A DNA stretch of 63,880 nt, filler included, from Aduncisulcus paluster (lineage: Eukaryota): the NCBI GenBank assembly GCA_024181965.1. It is 7 parts of 7 records of this genome, joined end to end, with 100 filler letters (N's around TTAATTAATTAA, not from the genome) between each part and the next. Parts side by side here need not be neighbours in the genome. Positions count along the whole stretch, not along the records: positions 23,734 to 53,820 come from BQXS01012589.1; 6 more parts are not named here. The stretch is one strand, 5' to 3'. The notes beneath the pieces were generated by a model. It searched no databases. It was not told the origin of the DNA and was given only the letters and a program-made list of their open reading frames with translations. This document shows positions 35,745 to 46,175 of the stretch, piece after piece; positions within the stretch are counted from its first letter, which is position 1; each line of letters starts with the position of its first letter. A program made the position numbers and the translations under genes.

Positions 35745-37205
35745 ATGTCCATTTCACCAGTATCAGAAATACCCTCAACTCAGCGCCTGATAGAATTAAC
35801 TGGTGCTTGTTTTTCAGCAAATTCAAGATCTGACACCGTTTCTCGTCTTTGTAATTCTAACACCGGTGATTATTGGCAGAGTTCAGCAAGTTGTCCTCAT
35901 ATTGTGACCATTACTCTCCCTCAACTTAGTTCTATTGACACAGTTTGGATGTATGGCAATTCTTCTGATGCTTCATACCAGCCTTGTGATTTACGAGTCC
36001 AACTCAAGGGAAATTCTGGAACCGAGCTTCTTAGCAAAACATTTTCCATCACCCAATCAACTGGATGGTTTGGTCTCGAGATGGACCATCGTCCTATGAA
36101 TGTTCAGAAGGTTGTCTTCAGTATTACCAGAAATCATCGTGGAGGATGTGATACTAGAGTTCGTCTTATAAGTATTTCCAAATTATCTGGGGGTAACATC
36201 ATCTTCTCTCCCCAAAAGGTACGTTCTCGTCTTCAGCTGGATGTTCTCTCTCTGTTGCCATCTCCTTTGCGTCCAACAAACCCTGGCCTTCTTTCTTTCA
36301 AAGATATTCCCACTGATGTGAATGTTGTATGTGAGGATGTCATGTATCCTGCTCACATGTTTATCCTTGCCTCAAGATGGAAGAACCTTGAGAAACTTTT
36401 TGATGAAGAAACTATGGTTGTTGATCTCTCATCGTTCCCTTCCAGCCATGTATGCCAACTCTTATGGTATACTTATTCTGGAAAGGCCAAGAAGATCTTC
36501 GGTCTCTTCAAGGCTGGATTTGCTTCTTCTGAAACAGTTGCCTTTGGTGGAAAGATTTCTATCCCCGAAGTTGTTATGGAGATTGCAGAGATCGCATGCG
36601 AAGTTGGATGCCAAGGTCTTCAATCCATCTGTGATTCCATCATTGCCTCCAAGATCCTTGCCACACCTGAATGTGTGACAGGAAAGCTCATTAAGTCTCT
36701 TCAGGAACGTAAGAGTGCTGTTCTTGAGGATGCTCTGTTCTCCATCCTTGAAGACGATAAAGAGATGGCCAAGAAATACCTTCCTTACCTCTCCAAGGAT
36801 CTCATTCGTAGATTTGTCCAATCTTCCATCGCTGGACACGCAGCTTCTGGACCTTTCACCCTCTCTTCTCTCCTTCCTATTGCCAGTGGGGGATCCACCC
36901 AGACTGTGACAATTGGGTCTTTACTCTATCATGTTCTTCCAAGAGCTCCTGCCCTTGGCGATAGGGTGTGTATCAAGAGAGATGTGAAGGAACCTGAGTT
37001 CGGCATGCAAGAAGCTACTCATGAGATGGTTGGTGTCATTGTTGATGAAGAGAAAGAGACTAACTCTGTCTTCATCCGCTTTGGTCCTGATATCCCAAGA
37101 TGGAAAGGACTTATCTCTGAGATTCATGTTGTGTGGGGAGGAAGTTCTGAGGATGATGAGTGGAGTAGAGAGGAGGATGCTGTTTGTTATGATATTCAAG
37201 TATAA
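35745..37205 (+). CDS. APC10/DOC-like + BTB/POZ + KEG/HERC2-like SH3 domain protein (putative Cullin-3 adaptor)
   Basis: DOC: YWQS...PHIVTI, SYQP, NHRGGCDTRVR. BTB: TDVNVVC...YPAHMFILASRW...LLWYTYSG. C-terminus GDRVCIKRDVKEPEFG...VGVI...W.G..SEI. Confidence 0.8.
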   Translation: MSISPVSEIPSTQRLIELTGACFSANSRSDTVSRLCNSNTGDYWQSSASCPHIVTITLPQLSSIDTVWMYGNSSDASYQPCDLRVQLKGNSGTELLSKTFSITQSTGWFGLEMDHRPMNVQKVVFSITRNHRGGCDTRVRLISISKLSGGNIIFSPQKVRSRLQLDVLSLLPSPLRPTNPGLLSFKDIPTDVNVVCEDVMYPAHMFILASRWKNLEKLFDEETMVVDLSSFPSSHVCQLLWYTYSGKAKKIFGLFKAGFASSETVAFGGKISIPEVVMEIAEIACEVGCQGLQSICDSIIASKILATPECVTGKLIKSLQERKSAVLEDALFSILEDDKEMAKKYLPYLSKDLIRRFVQSSIAGHAASGPFTLSSLLPIASGGSTQTVTIGSLLYHVLPRAPALGDRVCIKRDVKEPEFGMQEATHEMVGVIVDEEKETNSVFIRFGPDIPRWKGLISEIHVVWGGSSEDDEWSREEDAVCYDIQV

Positions 37206-37394
37206 TCAATTGCTAATGAGTAAATAGTAATATATTATGTTCAAAGAATATTTAATTATAAATTCCATTCGAATATTTTATTAAATTATTGAAAAACTTC
37301 TTCTCTTCAAGGATCAGCTGACTTGGTCAACTTCCAACCGTTGGAACGAGTGACCTCGGATCTAGATCTATGTCTTTAGATTTGTTGCGCCTAT

Positions 37395-38447
37395 ATGACA
37401 TCGGTAAAAGAATTAAAAGAAATTAGTACGTTTTTATTGCATCAAAGAAATTCTATTCATATTTTGCTTCTTATGTATATTTTGTGATTGTTTTGTAGAT
37501 TCGGCCCTATTAAAGGAAATAGAGCAATTACAAGCGGAAGATCTAATGATTGATCAAGAAATAATGCAAAAAGTATGTGAATTATTTTGTTTCTTCTCTT
37601 TTTTACGTTATTAATATTTATTGTGTTTTCGCAATCTTAGGCAAAAGAAAGGGAAAGAGCTTTTACATCACTTTCTGTTTTGCAAACCAAATTTGAGGAT
37701 GAAAAAAAAGAGGCATCTCGTGTTGCAGATAATCTCGAAAAGATGAAGGTGATATCAACCTCCACTCAAACCAAGCTCAAAAATATAAAAACACGTCAAA
37801 ACCAAATATTAACAGCCATAGATAAAGCTAAAACTTGGAAAGATACTGCCGAAAAAGCTTATTCTGAACTCAAAGAAAGAATCGAGAAGGAAACACAAAA
37901 AGAACTTGAATCTGTCCTTGAAAAGAAAGAAGAACATCAAGATCTTGTTTTAAGTGCTCAAAAAGGAGTGGATACCGCTGATGAAAAAGCTGTTGAATTA
38001 GCTGAACTTGAAAAATCCATTGATATCGAAATGTCATATAGAGATGAATTAACTGCCAAATCAATATCTTTACAGGAGGAATTAGAAGGAATTAGTGATA
38101 CTTTGACATCTTTAAAAACTCAGTCCGTGGAATGTGAAAGATCCATTCGATTTTTCCAACATCACATTGCTCAACTCGTTGAGAGAGAATCAGAGATTGA
38201 TAAACATCTTAAATCCGCAAAACAGTTGGAAGAAGGTGGGAAAGAATCATCGAAAGCAATTCAAAACAAATACCAATCTCTTCTTTCCGCGGTAAAACAA
38301 TTGAAAAAAGAAAAAGAAAAGGTGAAGAAAGAAAAGGCAGCTACTGCCAAAAAGCAGAAAGAAATGGCAAAAGAACTTGAAAATTTGCAATCAATGGAAA
38401 GAACCATTGTTCTGCGCCTTACTCAAAGAGGAATGCTCCCAAAATAA
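37395..38447 (+). CDS. Long coiled-coil protein; introns 37426-37498 and 37573-37640
   Basis: GTACGT..TAG and GTATGT..TAG introns join MTSVKELKEI-N-SALLKEIEQLQ...QK-AKERE in frame with ORF 37680..38447. Confidence 0.8.
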
Positions 38448-38838
38448 TTATCTTCTCATAATATAATTATATAATATAATTTATATTCATGATTCATTAG
38501 GATTCCAAAATATTGGTAATATTTTAGTGCGATGTTACCCATATCCTAAATAATTACTATCCAATGTCCTAAATTAAACCCAATTTTACTGAAACAATTT
38601 ATCGTAAAATCCTAGTGTTTAAAAATTTAGCGAGAACCTGTTACGTCCTATAAATAAACACATCAATGTCCTTCATCTTCTTCTCGAAATAAAATACGGC
38701 AAAGTTTTCATTTAGTTTATGTAACACGTTGCATTTACTGATAAATAAGGGCTTTCCAATGAGGTCCCCTTCAATTCTTTGAACTTTTCCTCACAATCTG
38801 AGCAATCAGGATTCAAATCTGTCATTTACTCATAAATA

Positions 38839-39888
38839 TCATAGTCTCCTCTTATTCTTCTTTCTTCTTTGTTTTTTCTCTTGTTTTAATTGTTCTTTTA
38901 CCCTTCTTTTCGCGATTTTCTCACCATCCTTCTCACTCCTTCCAGGACCCAATTGTTGTATTGCTTTAGCAGTTTCAAGCTGAAGAATCTTCTCCCTTCT
39001 CCTTTTTTCACGAGAAATAACCGAGAAAATTGACAGAATATATCCAATACTCTTCCCAATAATGGCTCCCAGAACAGCGAAAGCAGGAAACCTGAGTTCA
39101 AGAAGATGGCCAAAGAATAGAACCGTGTTTTTATCAAAGTAAGTCGAAGGTTTCATGTATTTTTGAATAAATGAGCTAACAGTTGCACTCTGAGACATGG
39201 GATCAACTCCTCGAGTTTCGGGGAGGATACCCACCAAAATCTCTCTGGTAGGAATCAGATTGAAGTTCTGTTTACCATATCCGGCCCTATCATTCAACCC
39301 ATACATCACAAAGAATGCGTAAAACACACTTCCAATGATAGCACCAATCACAGCACAGACAGCTGGAACGACAACAACACTGGCCACATTGGTGGAAGTG
39401 TATTCTTTGCGAATGAATGATGCAGCTTTTAGACCCGTAAATTGATATAATGGAATGAAAACTAGCGCAGAAATAATAGCACAACAAGCAGCAGTTGAAG
39501 GAAACAATTCTTTTGTAACATATGGAGATGGCATTGATGCAAGCATAAAAATGGAGAATATTGCACAAAAACCAATAACAGCCCCAACTATTCCACGAAA
39601 TACAGCCTTTGTAAAACCAGCAGAACGATTGAGAGGACGAAGAATAGATCCAAACAATACAGAAAATTGAAGATTTAACATAGCAATCAAATATAATAAA
39701 TTTTCAGGAGCAGACACTTGATTTTTCAGATAATAAAAAGTAAATACAGGAACTCCAATATTGAAAATGGATTGTAGAATTGAATACAATATAGAAGCCT
39801 CGATGGTTAAATATTGTTCAATCAATCCAAATTTTTTCTTTGTCTCATAATTTAGTGTTCCCATCTTCCTCCAATCAACCAAAACCAT
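38839..39888 (-). CDS. Multi-pass membrane protein, possibly divergent PIG-F/GPI11-like
   Basis: About six hydrophobic helices with GAVIG, AVIGAIIG and VLGAIIG..IG motifs spaced as in PIG-F, but no PLDWDRPWQ motif. Basic C-terminal tail. Confidence 0.6.
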   Translation of the reverse strand: MVLVDWRKMGTLNYETKKKFGLIEQYLTIEASILYSILQSIFNIGVPVFTFYYLKNQVSAPENLLYLIAMLNLQFSVLFGSILRPLNRSAGFTKAVFRGIVGAVIGFCAIFSIFMLASMPSPYVTKELFPSTAACCAIISALVFIPLYQFTGLKAASFIRKEYTSTNVASVVVVPAVCAVIGAIIGSVFYAFFVMYGLNDRAGYGKQNFNLIPTREILVGILPETRGVDPMSQSATVSSFIQKYMKPSTYFDKNTVLFFGHLLELRFPAFAVLGAIIGKSIGYILSIFSVISREKRRREKILQLETAKAIQQLGPGRSEKDGEKIAKRRVKEQLKQEKKQRRKKNKRRL

Positions 39889-40149
39889 TGATTTTCAAAT
39901 TTGCCATTTGCTATAGCATAAAACCGACAAAAAATTATGATATCAACTGTAAAATAGATTGTTGATTTTGAAATCGATAATTAAGGTTTTACTATTCAGC
40001 AATAAAGCGTGATTCAGCAATTGATTGTATGGCGAACGATGATTCACAACAATCCAGTATGGAAGAACAAAAATGAAAAAGAGAATAATCATTGCTTGAA
40101 AATTTGGTAAAAAATCATTAACTTAATTTAAAAAAATTGTTTATATGTC

Positions 40150-40243
40150 TTGTGAATCAGCTGAATGAATTAGGTAGCTTGGTGTTTGTCTGCAAGAAAA
40201 AAATTTTCATTAAGACAAATGCCAGTTTTCATCATCTCAACAA
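40150..40243 (-). ncRNA. Candidate box C/D snoRNA (U15/snR13-like D' guide plus an LSU-directed D guide)
   Basis: Box C ATGATGA (40235-40229), box D CTGA (40160-40157). GGCATTTGT-CTTA pairs with LSU CAAAUGCC; TAATTCATTCA pairs with LSU UGAAUGGAUUA (11 bp, one GU). Confidence 0.6.
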
Positions 40244-40273
40244 TAACACATAAACTTGCTTGAATTAGTAAAT

Positions 40274-40373
40274 AAAGGCCTTCAGCCGCCAAAATGTCAA
40301 CAAAGAAGAGGAAGCGATCAAAACGATCACTATCGACTCAGACTCGTCATTTAGATTTCATCGCTAGACCTTT
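40274..40373 (-). ncRNA. Box C/D snoRNA, probable counterpart of yeast snR75 (25S Gm2288)
   Basis: 8-bp terminal stem AAAGGTCT/AGGCCTTT, 3-nt bulge, C box GCGATGA, D' CTGA, C'-like GTGATCG, D CTGA. D' guide TAAATGACGAG pairs with LSU CUCGUCAU(C/U)UA; the D'+5 base faces the G. Confidence 0.8.
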
Positions 40374-40535
40374 TTGTGCAATGAATAATAATTCATTACA
40401 CCGAATGAATGCAAAAAGTGAATATATGATTGAAGTTTTTCGATTTCTCATGTATCCAAAAATAGCCCACTCGAATCCATTCATCGTTATCTCCACGCTT
40501 TTTGACGATATAATAGTCCAGTGAAAGTATAGTCA

Positions 40536-41102
40536 ATGGTATGTTCCATTATTATATTTATCTTTGATATTTTATCCTGTATTATCTCTATTTGGCTGGT
40601 TAATTATCGAAAAATCTAATTCCTTCCTTTATCATACCTTTTCGTTATCAAAAACAATTGTTTTATCCATTTTCTTTCATTTAAATACATATATTGATTA
40701 TTTTAGGTGTTTCAACGTTTCGTCCAAATCGGTAGACTTAGTCTCATCAACTTCGGTAAGCAACAAGGAAAGGTTGTTGTAATCCTTGACATTGTTGATA
40801 AGAACCGTGTTATCGTTGAAGGTCCCGGTGTTCCTCGCCGTGTTCTTTCTGTCAAGCGTATTACCCTTACCCCTCACGTTGTTTCTATCCCTCGTGGTGT
40901 CCGTTCTGGTCTCCTCTTGAAGAAACTCGAGGAACAGAAGACCGTTGAGCTTTTCCAACAATCCTCATGGGGTAAGAAACTTGCCCACATGGAGCGTCGT
41001 AAGGAATTGACCGACTTTGAGCGTTTCAAGGTCGCTCATCTTAAGCGCCAACGTGCTATGCTCATCAACAAGGCCATGGGTAAGCTCCGTGCCAAGAAAT
41101 AA
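40536..41102 (+). CDS. RPL14: 60S ribosomal protein L14 (eL14); ATG-only first coding exon, intron 40539-40706
   Basis: ATG|GTATGT...TTTTAG|GTG TTT CAA CGT gives MVFQRFVQIGR...IVDKNRVIVEGP...LTDFERFKV. Confidence 0.96.
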
Positions 41103-41218
41103 ATAAATATTTCATGACTTGTTCAATTAATGTTAGATTGACGTGGCCCCAAAACCACTGGATTTTTCTGTCTGTTTCCATTTTTGATAACAATTTCCAA
41201 AAATATCCTGATAATTTC

Positions 41219-42340
41219 ATGGACGAACCATTCCAACCTAAATATAAGAAAGCCTCTAGGGAAGAAATTGCAGTAAGTCAACTTCAAACTGCCTATGGAG
41301 AAAGAGATGTCCGAAAGATGCTCAATTCTCTCGGAATTTTGGATATTGTTTCCCGTGAAAAGTCAAAACGTATTTCTTTGTTGAAAATACCTGGCTACAT
41401 TGATTTAATATTACATACCATAAAGAATCCCATCCTTCCAAGGGATACTTATTTCGAGAAGAGTGAAAGATGCAGAAAACATGCTCTTTCTGTTTTAATT
41501 AATCATTTATTAGATAATCCCGCCATTGATGCTTTGGTTTTAGCCCATGAAGAGTGTTTACCAGCTCTACGTGCTGTCATTCAAGATACTGCAACATTGA
41601 CAAAAAATACTTTGCTATCTGTGCGTGCTTTGGATTATTTATGTGTGATTGGCGATTTTAGACCCAGTATTGCCTTCTGTCCTGGTCTCTTGGCTTCTAT
41701 CTGTACCTTGATCAGTGATTTCAGTACTCCTCGAAGTGAATATGATGAAAAATTCAAAGAAAAACTTCGCGATAATCCTAAACTCCCAGAATATGATGAA
41801 GATATTCTTGCCATCATCCGTCATTGCCTCAACATTTGTCGATACCTATCCAGTGATTCTAGGCTTTCTTTTGCCACCTGTAGATGTGGAGGTATTCTTA
41901 AAACACTTGCTCGAGTCGTTTTGTGTGACTTCGGAGAATCATCTTCGAGCGATTCTTCCGGTTCATCTAAGAAGTTGAAGAAGGACCAAAAGGGGAATAT
42001 TCTTTCTCAAGTGCAATATGGGGATGTATTTTCTGCTGATCCACAGAAGAGAATGGATGCTCAGCGTCAATTGGATGACATTGTTGATGGGCGTATGAAG
42101 GAGTCTTTGCGTGAGATATCTATGGATATTTTGGTTTCTTTCGCTGCTATGCCCGCTAATCTTCCAGAATTACAGCTATCAGATGATGTTTTGGGAACAG
42201 TTGCTGATATATTGGATGATGAAGACGAGAATACCAGACTGAAGGAACTTGGGGAGGAGTTCTTGGATTTGGTCGACGTTGATGAGGCTGAAGGAGAAGA
42301 AGAATATGAATACGAGGAAGAGGAAGATGTGGATCAGTAA
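41219..42340 (+). CDS. Hypothetical alpha-helical (ARM-like) protein with an acidic tail
   Basis: ATG at 41219 after an AT-rich spacer; amphipathic helical segments such as IPGYIDLIL, CPGLLASIC and GGILKTLA. Confidence 0.75.
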   Translation: MDEPFQPKYKKASREEIAVSQLQTAYGERDVRKMLNSLGILDIVSREKSKRISLLKIPGYIDLILHTIKNPILPRDTYFEKSERCRKHALSVLINHLLDNPAIDALVLAHEECLPALRAVIQDTATLTKNTLLSVRALDYLCVIGDFRPSIAFCPGLLASICTLISDFSTPRSEYDEKFKEKLRDNPKLPEYDEDILAIIRHCLNICRYLSSDSRLSFATCRCGGILKTLARVVLCDFGESSSSDSSGSSKKLKKDQKGNILSQVQYGDVFSADPQKRMDAQRQLDDIVDGRMKESLREISMDILVSFAAMPANLPELQLSDDVLGTVADILDDEDENTRLKELGEEFLDLVDVDEAEGEEEYEYEEEEDVDQ

Positions 42341-42600
42341 TTATTGGAATTGTAAATGAATCTATTAATGTTTCGATCTGTGATTGTAATACAAACAAAA
42401 TTCGAAGTTATAAAAATAAATTATTGGTATAACTCAAAATTATTCAGGATTCTATCGAAATGATTTCCTAGTAGCTCGATCTCGAAGATCCAGATCTTCA
42501 TTTTTTACTCTGGCAATACGAACCATTCATTCTTTTTTGTCTTTAATTTTTTTTTTTTATTTGATATTTTTTATTATTACATTTCTGGTATTATATTTTT

Positions 42601-43422
42601 ATGAATTATAATTTCCTTTTTGAATCGTCTTCTACAACTGATGAATCTAGGGCTGAACACTCTGAAAATGATTCACATGATAGCACAAATGGCGAATTAG
42701 ATTTAGTCCCTTTCTCTGCCCTTCTTCTTCAAGGAAATCGAATATCTCCATTTCACTATTCACACGAAACTGCTTCATCTCTCCTTCCGCCCGACGGAGT
42801 TCAAATCCCTGCCCTTACCTCCGTGTCACCAATTGCTTCCCAAAGTATTGCAAGTACTCGTGAACTTCAATCCCTGTTGACAGGTTCATCATCATCTCCC
42901 GAAGTTATTGATATCGATGAAACTGGGGACACAAACAGGACAAATGCCGGAAGAGATACCACGACAGGGCCACATGCTTTACCTCCGCACCATTCGCTTG
43001 AAGATGATTCCTCAGATATTCCCAGCTCCCCAGAAAAAAGGCGTTCATTTTCTTCTGTTAGACGAAGAAATAAGTCGGATATCGAAGATATCGAGGAAGA
43101 AGAATCGTCCGACTCGGATTCTAGAGAGTGGAGATCTGAAAAAAGACCAAGTATTGTTTCCTCTTCAAAACCAAGACGATCTAATTCGATTGTGGATATC
43201 ATAGACATCGATGAGCTTGGTTCTGAGCCTTCAAGAACTCAACGTGACACTGTTCAAGGTATTACTTCACGATCTGTACCATCCACAACTGCCCCAACTA
43301 CTGTCTCGTCCATCCCAGGTCCAATCGATCCCTCTGTTCCAATATATACACATAATCCTCCTCGTACACTTGAAATAAGCACTGAACTATGGAAGACTCT
43401 CTCTATGATTGGTCTTCGATGA
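42601..43422 (+). CDS. Disordered Ser/Thr-rich protein with SUMO-interacting-like motifs
   Basis: 273-aa ORF containing EVIDIDE, DIEDIEE and IVDIIDIDE. Confidence 0.7.
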   Translation: MNYNFLFESSSTTDESRAEHSENDSHDSTNGELDLVPFSALLLQGNRISPFHYSHETASSLLPPDGVQIPALTSVSPIASQSIASTRELQSLLTGSSSSPEVIDIDETGDTNRTNAGRDTTTGPHALPPHHSLEDDSSDIPSSPEKRRSFSSVRRRNKSDIEDIEEEESSDSDSREWRSEKRPSIVSSSKPRRSNSIVDIIDIDELGSEPSRTQRDTVQGITSRSVPSTTAPTTVSSIPGPIDPSVPIYTHNPPRTLEISTELWKTLSMIGLR

Positions 43423-44366
43423 TTTTATAAAACTTCTATTTTATTATTGTCTCTAAGTTCCGCAGTTTTATATGAGTTCCATGGAATCAACACAATTGGG
43501 TCATTTAGATGGTTCTTGATACCTTATTATATATTTACCACTATATTTAAAGCATTGTATACCCCTTCGATGGAAACTAATTGCCTCCACTCAAGATACA
43601 AGAATGATATATTTTTCTGAAGCCGATTATCATCATTTCATTATTATGAATTGCTCAGAGATCAATATCACATTGAACCTAACTATATCACCTCATCGTT
43701 ATATCAATAATCTAACATGGTTAGCTTCGTTCCAAATACAACATTTCATCTTCATTCAAGTGAAGATAACAATGCTATTTTCTTAAGATAAGATGCATTA
43801 TCATCTTGATATCATTCATTAAGCTCTTTCGTGATATCTTTCTCCCCTCGATAGGAAATTCTTTTCTTGAGGATGCCTTCTGATAATGTCCAGCAGTCTG
43901 GAAAAACAGGTTTGGGCAGTGTCTGTACCAGAAAAAAAAAAGATTATATCGAATTATGATTATCCATCTTCATAGCATAAAAATAAAATATTGTGGTCAG
44001 CCGTTTCGAACACCTTTTCAAAATTTGAATTTCCGCTTCATGCTTCATTTGCTCACAGAATATTTCATTTTACGATTTATGATTTTGTATATAATGCAGT
44101 GTTGCTTCTAATATTATTTGTGTGATGATAATCTCGGAAATTCTAATAGTACCATCAAATTGTTGAAGTTTATTTTATCCAGTTTCCTATTGATATTATC
44201 CAAATATTTCATACTCATTTTTAATTATTTCTTTATTGCAGGTGATTATATTTTTGATCAACCTTAAATTTCAATCATTATTACTTCCACCATTCTCATT
44301 TTCATTCTTAAGTGTCGAATTGGAGTTTTTTTATTCTTCTTTTCGACAATATTCTTTTCACTTTAA

Positions 44367-46175
44367 ATGTCTGTAAATATGTATGTATTTTCTTGTTTAT
44401 TTGAATTTCTCATTTTCATTTCTCACTCCTTCAAAGGTATCATGTGTCATCCCAACCTAATACATTTCGAATGGGACTCAGTTATTCTCAACCACTTTAT
44501 ACAATTCAATCTCATTCAATTCCCCACCCTCCTTCCAAAAAATTGATTCATTCAAAGCGCATATCCAACAAACGTCGAGTTTCTTCTACCACTACGGATG
44601 TTTCTTCACGTTCTCACTCTTGTCAAAATAGGTCGTTTCCTTCGAAAAGAAGTTCCACTTGTCTCATATCTTCGACTCTTCCCCCTTCTTCCATTTCTTC
44701 CCCCACGCAGGATTATGTTCACCCTTCAGGGCTTGACTTTCTCTCAAAGCTTGCCCTTTCCACCGATGATATTTCCCTTGAATCCATTCCTGAGCCATCT
44801 TCATCCCTGACATCTCACACACTCCTTCCATTACAAACAGTTCCACCTCAGAGCTCCTTTTCTCTCTCATTCCCGATATCCTCCCTTGTGCCCATATTCA
44901 ATTCAATCTCATTCAATTCCCCACCCTCCTTCCAAAAAATTGATTCATTCAAAGCGCATATCCAACAAACGTCGAGTTTCTTCTACCACTACGGATGTTT
45001 CTTCACGTTCTCACTCTTGTCAAAATAGGTCGTTTCCTTCGAAAAGAAGTTCCACTTGTCTCATATCTTCGACTCTTCCCCCTTCTTCCATTTCTTCCCC
45101 CACGCAGGATTATGTTCACCCTTCAGGGCTTGACTTTCTCTCAAAGCTTGCCCTTTCCACCGATGATATTTCCCTTGAATCCATTCCTGAGCCATCTTCA
45201 TCCCTGACATCTCACACACTCCTTCCATTACAAACAGTTCCACCTCAGAGCTCCTTTTCTCTCTCATTCCCGATATCCTCCCTTGTGCCCATATTCAAGT
45301 CAATCTCTTTGACATCAGATGAAATTGAAAGCTCAGTTAGCTCTCGATTGGACCATTCCCATGCCCTTTCCCACTCTCTTGAATATATTCACGCTAAACT
45401 CCAAGAACAACTTGCTCTGCATCGTGGTTCTGAAACCCCACCTCATCTTGACTTTCATTCAACCTTTGACTCGATCGATTCAACTCTCAAAGCCATTAAA
45501 ATGGAGTCAAATGACATGTACGAAGAGTCAATACTATCGTTGACACTCAAGAACAGTCTTTCGTCTCAATTACAGAAACTTGAAGGAAATATTTGTTCCA
45601 TCGCAAAGAATAGTCAACATGTTGCCGATTTATCCAAATTTATATCTTCTCATCTCGATTTGCTTGAGAAAGAAGACCATGAGGATTCTTTCGAGTTTAA
45701 CAAAGAGGTACAAACAATATTATTAGCCCTTTCTCATCTTAAAACGGTATTTGACAATATCTCCGATTATTCTTTTTCTTCTATTCACTCCCCCCTTTTC
45801 ATGTCTGGAAAGTATTCATTCCCTCATTCAGCCATCAAATTATCCCCTTTAGTAGACGAAAGAACCAGGAAATCATTTGAAAAAGAAGCTGAATCACGTG
45901 AGAAAATGAGACAAAATACTCTGAATAATATTGTCAAATCTTTCCAAGATCTGGATATTATTCACCATCATGCCGAAGATCATGAGGATTCTCGTGAAAT
46001 AGCTTGTGAAAGTGACTCACATTTATCTAAAAATATCAATCTACAGATGCATAGTACAGTATCTTTGCATTCATCAATGGAAAGTGAAAAAGATAAATAT
46101 CTCGAAAGATCAATCAAAAACATAAAAATAACCTCTGAAAAGTTAATTTCATCATATTTTGGCGTCTTGAGGTAG
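44367..46175 (+). CDS. Hypothetical Ser-rich/coiled-coil protein; intron 44381-44436; broken by a 397-bp false duplication
   Basis: ATGTCTGTAAATAT|GTATGT...AAG|GTATCATGTG links in frame to ORF 44444. ORFs 44444..45028 and 44886..46175 merge when one copy is removed. Confidence 0.7.
44502..45298. repeat. Exact 397-bp tandem duplication, probably an assembly artefact
   Basis: Identical copies. The junction sits at the near-identical 12-mers CAATTCAATCTC / CAAGTCAATCTC and causes a frameshift. Confidence 0.85.

Noticed and set aside
43423..44366. Gene or snoRNA in the ~950-bp spacer
   Set aside because: Stops in all frames; C-box-like words lack matching D boxes, stems or rRNA guides.
44502..45298. 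Frameshifted gene pair or programmed frameshift
   Set aside because: Explained by an exact 397-bp duplication at a 12-bp false overlap.
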